NCBI GenBank assembly: GCA_947628485.1
Contig: CANRAA010000001.1
Location: forward strand, 1 to 57,918
Origin: an uncultured Bacilli bacterium
Lineage (GTDB): Bacteria; Bacillota_I; Bacilli_A; RF39; UBA660
Length of the DNA stretch: 57,918 nt
Reading direction: 5' to 3'
Below the pieces are notes generated by a model. It saw only the letters and a program-made list of their open reading frames with translations. It searched no databases and was not told the DNA's origin. The translations under genes were made by a program, and so were the position numbers. Shown here piece by piece: positions 48,208 through 57,082 of the stretch. Within the stretch, counting starts at the first letter, position 1. Each line of letters begins with the position of its first letter.

Positions 48208-49875
48208 TTACCTTTTTGGATGACAATTAACTATTGAATGATTTTCTAAAAAATTGACATCATCCATTTTAAAGGTAGAAAAAAACTTATTACGTAAAAC
48301 TTTATTACCATCCAAAAAGTTAAAACTAAATTTTTCTAAAGAGGGTAAATCTAATTCTTTTAAGGCTACATTCATTTTTAAAAAATTACTGCCCACTCTT
48401 TTTAAAGAAGGTAAACTTAATTTTTTTAAAAGGATTCCTCTATATAAAAAGTAATCGCCAACTCTTTGTAATTTAGGTAAACTCAATTCTTCTAAAGAGC
48501 AATCTTCATATAAAAAGTCATTCCCAACTTCGGTAATTTCCGGTAAAATTAATTTTTTTAAAGTATCATTAAAATATAAAAAGTTGTTACCTATTCTTTG
48601 AAGACAAGGCATATTTAACTGTTTAATTTTTCTGTTATGTGAAAGAAAGTTACTCCCGACTTCTTTTAAAACGGGTAAATCTAATTCTTCTAAAGCTAAA
48701 TTATAATTTAAAAAACCAGTGTCTGCTTTTTGCAATTTTGGTAAATTCAATTTTTTAACATTCCCGAAGCTTAAAAAATACTTTCCGACTTTTTCTAAAT
48801 TGGGCATATTTAATTCTTGTAAGGAAAAAACAGAAGCTAGAAAATCATCACCCACCTCTTTTATATTTTGATTTTCTAATTTGATAATTTGATTATCTTT
48901 ATCTAAAACTATAAGTATTTCTTTACTACCTTCTAAAATTATTTTTATTTTTTTGGTCTCTTCTTTTCTTTTAATCTCTATTTTTTCGATATTAGAAACT
49001 GTATCAACAAATGAGTCTTTAATAAATGTTTCATATACTCTTACCTTTTTTTTAACAAGGTCTAAGATAAAATAATCAAAGATAATATACTTTTCTTTAT
49101 CATACCTTTGAACTTCATAGTTATCAATTATAATATTATTTGGACAATAATAAACATTCATTATTTCTTGATTATATTTATAATATTTATTATCATTGGC
49201 TCTTACATAGCCGTTTAATTCAAATTTACTATTAGGATGTTGTTGGATAAGACCATAATATTTAGCAAAAGATGCCGTTAAACCAGGAATAATATTATCT
49301 AAATTATTTGAATAGGTACTATCGGGATTATTAACAGTATGATTATATCTATTTTTGATTGATAAAGTATGGGACTCATCCCTCGTAAATTGAATACTTA
49401 TGACACTAGTCCCATAGGCATCTTGTCTTTCGGGTGATGAAAAATCTTCTCTTTTGATATTATCGGCATTCTTTTTAACAGCAAAGAAAACATGACAACT
49501 TTCCAGTCTATTTCCTCTAAAAGTACATAACTCTTCCCCACGGGCATAATACTTTTTAAATTTTTGAATATCTTCCTCACGCTTACATTCATATAAGTCA
49601 TAACCAACATCTTCCAGTAATTCTTTTGGACTTTTAAGCACCTTTTCTTCCCTTTTATCTTTATCATCCACTAAACTATAAATAAAATCTTTAAAGACAT
49701 TTTCTTTATTTTGCTTTATTATATCCGCATATAAACTATGATTAGGTTCAAAATTTTGCAACATTAAATTTGAAAGTAAGCCTTCTCTTTCCAGTAAAGT
49801 AGGAAAAAATTCCCGGCAGAAATGGGCCATTTTCTCGCCATATTTTTTCTTAATTATTTTTAAATCTTCATTCAT
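48208..49875 (-). CDS. NTD-LRR family protein, paralog 9 (555 aa)
   Basis: The ATG overlaps the upstream stop codon (ATGA). AGGTGA SD lies 5 nt upstream. Confidence 0.85.
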   Translation of the reverse strand: MNEDLKIIKKKYGEKMAHFCREFFPTLLEREGLLSNLMLQNFEPNHSLYADIIKQNKENVFKDFIYSLVDDKDKREEKVLKSPKELLEDVGYDLYECKREEDIQKFKKYYARGEELCTFRGNRLESCHVFFAVKKNADNIKREDFSSPERQDAYGTSVISIQFTRDESHTLSIKNRYNHTVNNPDSTYSNNLDNIIPGLTASFAKYYGLIQQHPNSKFELNGYVRANDNKYYKYNQEIMNVYYCPNNIIIDNYEVQRYDKEKYIIFDYFILDLVKKKVRVYETFIKDSFVDTVSNIEKIEIKRKEETKKIKIILEGSKEILIVLDKDNQIIKLENQNIKEVGDDFLASVFSLQELNMPNLEKVGKYFLSFGNVKKLNLPKLQKADTGFLNYNLALEELDLPVLKEVGSNFLSHNRKIKQLNMPCLQRIGNNFLYFNDTLKKLILPEITEVGNDFLYEDCSLEELSLPKLQRVGDYFLYRGILLKKLSLPSLKRVGSNFLKMNVALKELDLPSLEKFSFNFLDGNKVLRNKFFSTFKMDDVNFLENHSIVNCHPKR

Positions 49876-51620
49876 TTGCTCACCTTCTTTTTTGTTTTCT
49901 TTAATGTACTACTAATCACGGGATGATCTTCTAAAAATGGAAAGATAAGTTCAGGGACAATTATTTCTCTTAAATCTTCATTAAAATATAAAAATTTATT
50001 ACCTACCATTTGTAAACATGGTAAATTTATTTTATAAATTTTTTTATTAAAACATAAGAAATATTCCCCAGCACTTTTTAAAGAAGGTAAACTTAATTCT
50101 TGAAGACCTTCGTTATAATATAAAAAATAATTGCCCACTTCCTCTAAAGAAGGTAAAACTAGTTCTCGAAGACACTCATTTCCATACATAAAATCATTTC
50201 CCACTTTTTTTAAGAATGGTAAATCTAATTTTTTAAGAACTTCATTATAATATAAAAACTTATTACCAACTTCTTCTAGGAGTGGTAAATCTAATTCTTT
50301 TATGACTGCGTTTAATAGTAAGAAACTATTCCCAACTTTTCTTAATGATGGTAAACTTATTTCTTTTAAAACTTCGTTATATTGTAAGAAATTACTACCT
50401 ACTCTTTGCAAACTTGGTAAATTTAACTCTTTTATATAAACATTAAAACATAAAAAGCTATTACCAACTCTTTTTAATTTAGGAAGATTTAATTTTTTTA
50501 AATGGCTATTAAACTCACAAAAACCATCTCCTACTTTTTCTAAAACTGGTAAATTTAATTCATGAATTAAAAAATTAGAAGAAAGGAAATAATCCCCAAT
50601 TATTTTTATTTTAGGATAATCTAATTTAATAATTTGATTATTTTTATTTAATGCCATAGTTATGATATTATTGTTTTGTAAAGTTATTTTTATTTCTTTT
50701 TCCTCTTCTTTTCTTTCTATTTCTATTTTAACAATATTGAAAAAAATATCGGGAAAAGATTCTCTAATACTTTTATCATATAATCTTACCTCTTTATTTA
50801 CGAGATCTAAAATAAAGTAATCAAAAATAATATATTTTTCTTTATCATATCTTTTAACCTTAAAATTATCAATTATTATATTATTGGGACAATAATAAAT
50901 GTTATTTAACTCTTGATTATATTTATAAAATTTACCATCACTGGCTAAAACATAATAATCTATAGAAAATTCATTTCTTAAATGTTGTTGCACAAGACCA
51001 TAATACTTACCAAAACTTTCGGTTAAACCAGGAATTATATTATCTAGGTTATTCGAATAAGTACTATCGGGATTATTAACAGTATGATTATAGCGGTTTT
51101 TAATCGATAATATATGGGATTTATCCCTTGTAAATTGAATACTTATGACACTAGTTCCGTAGGCATCTTGTCTTTCGGGATTAGAAAAATCTTCTCTTTT
51201 AATGTTAGCAACATTTTTAGAAACGGCAAAGAAAACATGACAACTTTCCAGTCTATTTCCTCTAAAAGTACATAATTCTTCCCTTTTGGCATAATATTTT
51301 TTAAATTTTTGAATATCTTCCTCACACTTACATTCATATAAGTCATAACCGGCCTCGTTTAATAATTCTTCGGGGGTTTTTATTTCTTTTACCTCATTAT
51401 TTTTTTCGACATCAACAAAACTATAAATATAATTTTTAAAATCACCTTCTAGATTTTGCTCTATTATGTCATCATATAAATCATGATTTGGTTCAAAATG
51501 TTTTAACATAAGATCGGAAAGTAAACCTTCTGTTTCTAGTAAAGTAGGAAAAAATTCCCGACATAAATGAGCCATCTTTTCCCCATATTTCTTTTTAATT
51601 ATTTTTAAATCTTCATTCAT
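49872..51620 (-). CDS. NTD-LRR family protein, paralog 10 (582 aa)
   Basis: Trimmed to ATG 51620 (MNEDLKII, as in the paralogs) after an AGGTGA SD. The track start is 51638. Confidence 0.85.
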   Translation of the reverse strand: MNEDLKIIKKKYGEKMAHLCREFFPTLLETEGLLSDLMLKHFEPNHDLYDDIIEQNLEGDFKNYIYSFVDVEKNNEVKEIKTPEELLNEAGYDLYECKCEEDIQKFKKYYAKREELCTFRGNRLESCHVFFAVSKNVANIKREDFSNPERQDAYGTSVISIQFTRDKSHILSIKNRYNHTVNNPDSTYSNNLDNIIPGLTESFGKYYGLVQQHLRNEFSIDYYVLASDGKFYKYNQELNNIYYCPNNIIIDNFKVKRYDKEKYIIFDYFILDLVNKEVRLYDKSIRESFPDIFFNIVKIEIERKEEEKEIKITLQNNNIITMALNKNNQIIKLDYPKIKIIGDYFLSSNFLIHELNLPVLEKVGDGFCEFNSHLKKLNLPKLKRVGNSFLCFNVYIKELNLPSLQRVGSNFLQYNEVLKEISLPSLRKVGNSFLLLNAVIKELDLPLLEEVGNKFLYYNEVLKKLDLPFLKKVGNDFMYGNECLRELVLPSLEEVGNYFLYYNEGLQELSLPSLKSAGEYFLCFNKKIYKINLPCLQMVGNKFLYFNEDLREIIVPELIFPFLEDHPVISSTLKKTKKKVSK

Positions 51621-51664
51621 TTTTTCACCTGCTTTCATTGTTATAAATTAATTTAATATATTTA

Positions 51665-53611
51665 TTATCTTCTAATTGTATGGCCAAAATTTTCCCTAGT
51701 TAATTCAGGATATTTTGCTAAAAAGTGATTACCTATTATTTCTATTGAAGGTAAATACACTTCTTTTAAAACTTTATTACGAGGCATAAAATATTCCCCA
51801 GCTTTTATAAGCTTTGGTAAATATAATTTTTCAATAGAATTATTGTGAAATAAAAAGCAATCACCAACTTCTTCTAAAGAAGGCAAATATATCTCTTTTA
51901 AACATAAAGCATTGTCCAAAAAATAATTTCCTATGGTTACTAATGATGGCAAATTTACTTCTTGAATTATTTTATTATAAGCCAAAAAACTATCTCTTGC
52001 TTTTTTCAAAAGGGGTAAATCTAATTTTTTAAGTCTATTATTATTAAATAAAAATTTAGGCCCTACTTCTTCTAAAAGGGGTAAGTCTAATTCTTCTAAA
52101 GAAGTATCACCATCTAAGAAATTACCCCAAACTTCCCTTAAAGACGGTAAACTTAATTTTTTTAAAGATGTTCCCCTATACAAAAAGTATCGGCCTACTC
52201 TTTGTAACTTAGGCAACCTTATTTCTTTTAAAGCATTATTAGTATATAAAAAATCATCTTGGGCTTCTAAAAGTTCTGGTAAAAGTAATTCTTCTAATGC
52301 CGTATTATAATATAAGAAACAATTACCTACTTTTTGGAGTTTAGGTAAATTTAATTTATGAATTGTTTGATTAAAATAAAGAAAATCATCACTAACTTCT
52401 TCTAAAGAAGGTAAATCTAATTCTTCTAAAGAAAAATTGTCATGCAAAAATCCCCATCCTACTCTTTGCAATTTAGGTAAATATATTTTTTTAATATTAT
52501 TATCCATTAAAAAACATTTCCCAACCTTTTCAAGATTTGGCACATTAAATTCTTCTAAAGAAGGCACAAAACTCAAAAAATAATCTTGGGCTTCTTTTAA
52601 ATTTTGATTTTCGAATTTTATTATTTGATTATCTTTATTTAAAATAATTATTACTTCACTATTATCTTGTAATGTAATTTTAATTTCTTTATTCTCTTCT
52701 TTTCTTTTTACTTCTATTTTATGAATATTTGTTAAAGTACTAGGAAAAGAATCTTCCATTTCATTATCATATACTCTTATCTTTTTATTAACTAAATCTA
52801 AAATAAAGTATTCAAAAACAATATATTTTTCTTTATCATATCTTTTAACTTCAAAATCATCAATTATTATATTATTGGGACAATAATAAATATTAAAATT
52901 TTCTTGATTATATTTATAAAATTTGCCATCATTTGCTTGAACATAGCCCTTTAATTCAAAATTTTTACTTATATTATCTTGCGAAAGATTATAATACTTA
53001 CTAAAACTTTCAGTTAATCCTTCTATAATATTATCTAGATTATTCGAAAAAGTACAATCAGGATTGCTTACATGATGATTATATCTATTTTTAATAGATA
53101 AAGTATGGGATTTATCCCTCGTAAATTGAATACTTATAACACTTGTTCCATATTCATCTTGTCTTTGGGGATTAGAAAAGTTTTTTCTTTTAATTTCCGA
53201 AACATTCTTTTTAACGGCAAAGAAGACATAACATCTATTTAGTCTTCCCCCGTGGAAAGTACATAACTCTTCCCCTTTGGCATAATACTTTTTAAACTTC
53301 TGAATATCTTTTTCACTTGTACATTCATATAAATCATAACCAGCTTCACTTAATAAATATTCAGGAGTTTTAAATGGTATTTCTTTGTTATCTTTTTCAA
53401 CATCTACTAAACTATAAATATAATTTTTAAATTCAGTTTCTTTGTTTTGCTCTATTATATCTTCATATAAATCATGACTTGGTTCAAAATTATCTAATAA
53501 TAATTTTAAAAGTAGACCATCTGTTTCTAAAATGGTTGGAAAATTATCCCTGCAAAAATGCGCCATTTTCTCGCCATATTTCTTTTTTATTATTTTTAAT
53601 TCTTCATTCAT
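51665..53611 (-). CDS. NTD-LRR family protein, paralog 11 (about 648 aa)
   Basis: The junction GGTGATGAATATG gives three possible starts: GTG 53620, ATG 53617 or ATG 53611. ATG 53611 matches the paralog N-termini. Confidence 0.85.
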   Translation of the reverse strand: MNEELKIIKKKYGEKMAHFCRDNFPTILETDGLLLKLLLDNFEPSHDLYEDIIEQNKETEFKNYIYSLVDVEKDNKEIPFKTPEYLLSEAGYDLYECTSEKDIQKFKKYYAKGEELCTFHGGRLNRCYVFFAVKKNVSEIKRKNFSNPQRQDEYGTSVISIQFTRDKSHTLSIKNRYNHHVSNPDCTFSNNLDNIIEGLTESFSKYYNLSQDNISKNFELKGYVQANDGKFYKYNQENFNIYYCPNNIIIDDFEVKRYDKEKYIVFEYFILDLVNKKIRVYDNEMEDSFPSTLTNIHKIEVKRKEENKEIKITLQDNSEVIIILNKDNQIIKFENQNLKEAQDYFLSFVPSLEEFNVPNLEKVGKCFLMDNNIKKIYLPKLQRVGWGFLHDNFSLEELDLPSLEEVSDDFLYFNQTIHKLNLPKLQKVGNCFLYYNTALEELLLPELLEAQDDFLYTNNALKEIRLPKLQRVGRYFLYRGTSLKKLSLPSLREVWGNFLDGDTSLEELDLPLLEEVGPKFLFNNNRLKKLDLPLLKKARDSFLAYNKIIQEVNLPSLVTIGNYFLDNALCLKEIYLPSLEEVGDCFLFHNNSIEKLYLPKLIKAGEYFMPRNKVLKEVYLPSIEIIGNHFLAKYPELTRENFGHTIRR

Positions 53612-53616
53612 ATTCA

Positions 53617-55566
53617 TCACCTGCTTTTTCTATTTAAATTATCTTTTAACTCTAATGATAATTGCTCACAATCAAAAATTAAATCTTCCGTATTACAATA
53701 TTCTTTTAAAAGTGGCGTATAACAATAAGGAATGTCTTTCAAAAGGGAAATATCAGAAACTCTTTCTAACTTGGGAGCATATAAATATTTTATTACTTTA
53801 AAATCTTTAAAATTAATTATAGAAATAAGATTAGGTAGGTATAATATTTTTACTTTATCATTATTATATAGAAAAGAGTCTTGTATAGAAACCAAAGATG
53901 GTAAATTTATAATTTCTAATTCTCTATTTTTATACATAAAATTTTTTCCTGTTTTTTCTAACATAGGCATGTCTAATTTTTTACATGCTATATCAAAATA
54001 TAAAAAATCGTGTTTAACTTCACAACATTTGGGTAAATATACATCTTCTATAATCATATTTTCAGGAAGAAAATTATTACCAATATGAGTTACATTAGGT
54101 AAATATATTGTTTTTATTTTATCGTTATCATATAAAAAGTCATCCCCAATAGAAACTAAAGAAGGAAGATTTATAGTTTCTAATTTTCCATTTTCTGTCA
54201 TAAAATTAGCTCCTACTTTTTCTAACCTAGGCATATCTATTTTTTTACAGACAAAATTATAATACAAAAAATTGTCTTTAATTTCTCGACATTTTGGCAA
54301 AGAGACAGACTCTATTTTTTCGTTTGCCCATAGAAAGTTGCTTCCAATAAAAGTTACATTTGGCAAAGAAATGGATTTTAATTTGTTATTAAAATATAAA
54401 AAATCATTACCGATAGTTTCACATTTTGGCAAGAATATTTCTTCCAAACTATCATTATTATCTGACATAAAATCATAACTTATTCTTTCAACATTAGAAA
54501 GATATATTCTTTGACATTTTCTATTATAAAACAAATAATTTTCTTTTATTCCTCTAATATAGGGATTATTAACCATAATAATATTGTTATCTTTATCCAA
54601 ATTAATTGTTATTATAAATCCATCTTCATTATATATTAATAATTCCTTATAATCTTTTCTATTGGTTATTGTAATTTTTTTAATTTTACCTAAACTATGA
54701 ATAAAACCATCATTCTCACGAATATGTTTTTTAATTTTTTTGGTTTCTAAATTTAAAATAAAATAATCAAAGATAAGATACTTTTCTTTATCATATCTTT
54801 TAACTTCAGAATTATCAATTATAATATTATTGGGGCAATAATAAACATTATCTATTTCAAGATTATATTTATAGTATTTACCATCACTCGCTCTAACATA
54901 ATCCCTTAATTCAAATTTACCATTAGAATGTTGTTGGATAAGACCATAATATTCGGAAAAAGATTCTGTTAAGCCATCAATAATATTGTCTAAATTATTT
55001 GAGTAAGTACTATCGGGATTATTAACGGTATGGTTATAACGATTTTTTATAGATAAGGTATGGGATTTATCTTTAGTAAATTGAATACTTAGAACACTTG
55101 TGCCATATGTATCTTGCCTTTGGGGATTAGGAAAGTTTTTTCTTTTAATGTCTGAAGCATTTTTCTTAACCGCAAAGAAAACATAACATCTATTAAGCCT
55201 TCCCCCATTAAAAGTACATAATTCTTCACCACTAGCATAATATTTTTTAAACTTTTGAATATCTTCCTCACACTTACATTCATATAAATTATAACCTACT
55301 TCACTTAATAGTTCTTCGGGAGTTTTAATTACTTTTATTTTATTATCTTTTTCCACATCTACTAAACTATAAATATAATTTTTAAATTCAGTTTCTTTGT
55401 TTTGCTCTATTATATCTTCATATAAATCATGACTTGGTTCAAAATTATCTAATAATAATTTTAAAAGTAGGCCATCTGTTTCTAAAATGGTTGGAAAATT
55501 ATCCCGACAAAAATGAGCCATTTTCTCCCCATATTTCTTTTTCATTATTTTTAATTCCTCATTCAT
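53617..55566 (-). CDS. NTD-LRR family protein, paralog 12 (about 649 aa, divergent linker and LRR type)
   Basis: The first 79 aa differ from paralog 11 at only one position. The linker and repeats differ (LPNVTxIG / LPKCxE / MPxLEK / LPSLVSI units). Confidence 0.85.
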   Translation of the reverse strand: MNEELKIMKKKYGEKMAHFCRDNFPTILETDGLLLKLLLDNFEPSHDLYEDIIEQNKETEFKNYIYSLVDVEKDNKIKVIKTPEELLSEVGYNLYECKCEEDIQKFKKYYASGEELCTFNGGRLNRCYVFFAVKKNASDIKRKNFPNPQRQDTYGTSVLSIQFTKDKSHTLSIKNRYNHTVNNPDSTYSNNLDNIIDGLTESFSEYYGLIQQHSNGKFELRDYVRASDGKYYKYNLEIDNVYYCPNNIIIDNSEVKRYDKEKYLIFDYFILNLETKKIKKHIRENDGFIHSLGKIKKITITNRKDYKELLIYNEDGFIITINLDKDNNIIMVNNPYIRGIKENYLFYNRKCQRIYLSNVERISYDFMSDNNDSLEEIFLPKCETIGNDFLYFNNKLKSISLPNVTFIGSNFLWANEKIESVSLPKCREIKDNFLYYNFVCKKIDMPRLEKVGANFMTENGKLETINLPSLVSIGDDFLYDNDKIKTIYLPNVTHIGNNFLPENMIIEDVYLPKCCEVKHDFLYFDIACKKLDMPMLEKTGKNFMYKNRELEIINLPSLVSIQDSFLYNNDKVKILYLPNLISIINFKDFKVIKYLYAPKLERVSDISLLKDIPYCYTPLLKEYCNTEDLIFDCEQLSLELKDNLNRKSR

Positions 55567-55571
55567 ATTCA

Positions 55572-57059
55572 TCACCTACTTTTTTTATTTTGCTTGTTTC
55601 CATTCCTAAATTTTAAATAATTAAGAAATTTTTTTAAGTCATTTTTTTTGATTTGAAGTAAACAAGACTTACGAGCATAAGAATTATCTAGGAAAAAACT
55701 ATGACCTACTTTTTGCAGATTAGGAGTACTTATCTTCTTAATGGAATTATTACAATACATAAAATCATCGCCAACTTTTTCTAAAAGCGGCAGGTTTATT
55801 TCTTCTAAACTAGCATTAAAAAGAGTAAAACAATCTCCTACTTCTTGCAAAGAATTTAGACTTAATTCTTTAAATTGACCAATTAAGCAAAAATAATTTC
55901 CAACTTTTTCTAAAGATGGCAAGTAAACTTCTTTTAAAACTTTATTATTATATAAGAAAAAATTTTTAACAGTTTGTAAATTGGCCATCTTTAAAACCTC
56001 TAAATGTTTAACATAACATAAAAAATTATTTCCAACATCTTTTACATATGGATTATCTAACTCTATAATGTTATTAAATTTATTTAATACTATTGTTACT
56101 TTCCTATTATCTAGTAAAGTTATTTTTATTTCTTTAGTATCATCTTCTTTTCTTTCTATTTCTATTTTTTCAATATTAGGAATAGTAGAAGGGAAAGAAT
56201 CTTCAGTATAAGAATTATAAAATCTTATTTCTTTTTTAACTAAATCTAAAATAAAATAATCAAAGATAATATATTTTTCTTTATCATATCTTTTAACCTT
56301 AAAATTATCAATAATTATATTATTGGGACAATAATAAATATTATAAAACTCATAATTGTACTTATAGTATTTTCCATCATTAGCTCTTACATACCCACCT
56401 AATTCAAATTTATTGTTAAGGTGTTTTTGGACTAAACCATAATATTTTCCGAAACTTTCCGTTAAACCCCTGATGATATTATCGAGGTTATTTCCGAAAG
56501 TGCTATCAGGATTATTAACAATATGATTATAGCGATTTTTGATGGATAAGGTATGGGATTTATCCCTCGTAAATTGAATGCTTATGACACTGGTTCCATA
56601 TTCATCTTGTCTTTTAGGTTTAGGAAAATCTTCTCTTTTGATATCAGAAACATCCTTTTTAACAGCGAAGAATACATAACATCTATTAAGTCTTCCTCCA
56701 TGAAAAGTACATAACTCTTCCCCTTTGGCATAATACTTTTTAAACTTTTGAATATCTTCCTCACACTTACATTCATATAAATCATAACCAGCCTCGCTTA
56801 ATAATTCTTCGGGAGTTTTTATGATTTTTGTTTCTTTTTTGTCTTCGACATCTACTAAACTAAAAATATAATTTTTAAAATCGTTTTCTTTTTCTTGCTT
56901 TATTATATCATCATATAAATCATGATTTGGTTCAAAATGCTTTAACATAAGATTGGAAAGTAAACCTTCTGTTTCTAGTAAAGTAGGAAAAAATTCCCGA
57001 CATAAACGAGCCATCTTTTCCCCATATTTTTTCTTAATTATTTTTAATTCTTCGTTCAT
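55572..57059 (-). CDS. NTD-LRR family protein, paralog 13 (495 aa, short form)
   Basis: First LRR gene after Cys-His paralog C, with a 23-nt gap and AAGGTGGGGG SD. Near-duplicate of paralog 6. Confidence 0.85.
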   Translation of the reverse strand: MNEELKIIKKKYGEKMARLCREFFPTLLETEGLLSNLMLKHFEPNHDLYDDIIKQEKENDFKNYIFSLVDVEDKKETKIIKTPEELLSEAGYDLYECKCEEDIQKFKKYYAKGEELCTFHGGRLNRCYVFFAVKKDVSDIKREDFPKPKRQDEYGTSVISIQFTRDKSHTLSIKNRYNHIVNNPDSTFGNNLDNIIRGLTESFGKYYGLVQKHLNNKFELGGYVRANDGKYYKYNYEFYNIYYCPNNIIIDNFKVKRYDKEKYIIFDYFILDLVKKEIRFYNSYTEDSFPSTIPNIEKIEIERKEDDTKEIKITLLDNRKVTIVLNKFNNIIELDNPYVKDVGNNFLCYVKHLEVLKMANLQTVKNFFLYNNKVLKEVYLPSLEKVGNYFCLIGQFKELSLNSLQEVGDCFTLFNASLEEINLPLLEKVGDDFMYCNNSIKKISTPNLQKVGHSFFLDNSYARKSCLLQIKKNDLKKFLNYLKFRNGNKQNKKSR

Positions 57060-57082
57060 AATACCCCCACCTTTCCCCTTAA

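Larger units (their letters stand above)
32186..57059 (-). repeat. Tandem array of 13 paralogous NTD-LRR genes, interrupted once at 41194..42069
   Basis: Thirteen co-oriented ORFs start M-N-(Q/E/N)-(D/E)-L-K-I-I-K-K-K-Y-G-E-K-M-A. They share about 330 aa of conserved N-terminal sequence and end in variable numbers of 22-aa LRR units. Confidence 0.9.

Noticed and set aside
32186-57059. Regular short periodic repeats that could be mistaken for a CRISPR array or satellite.
   Set aside because: The repeats are degenerate, in frame, and encode LRR units. There are no invariant repeat/unique spacer alternation, no leader and no cas genes.
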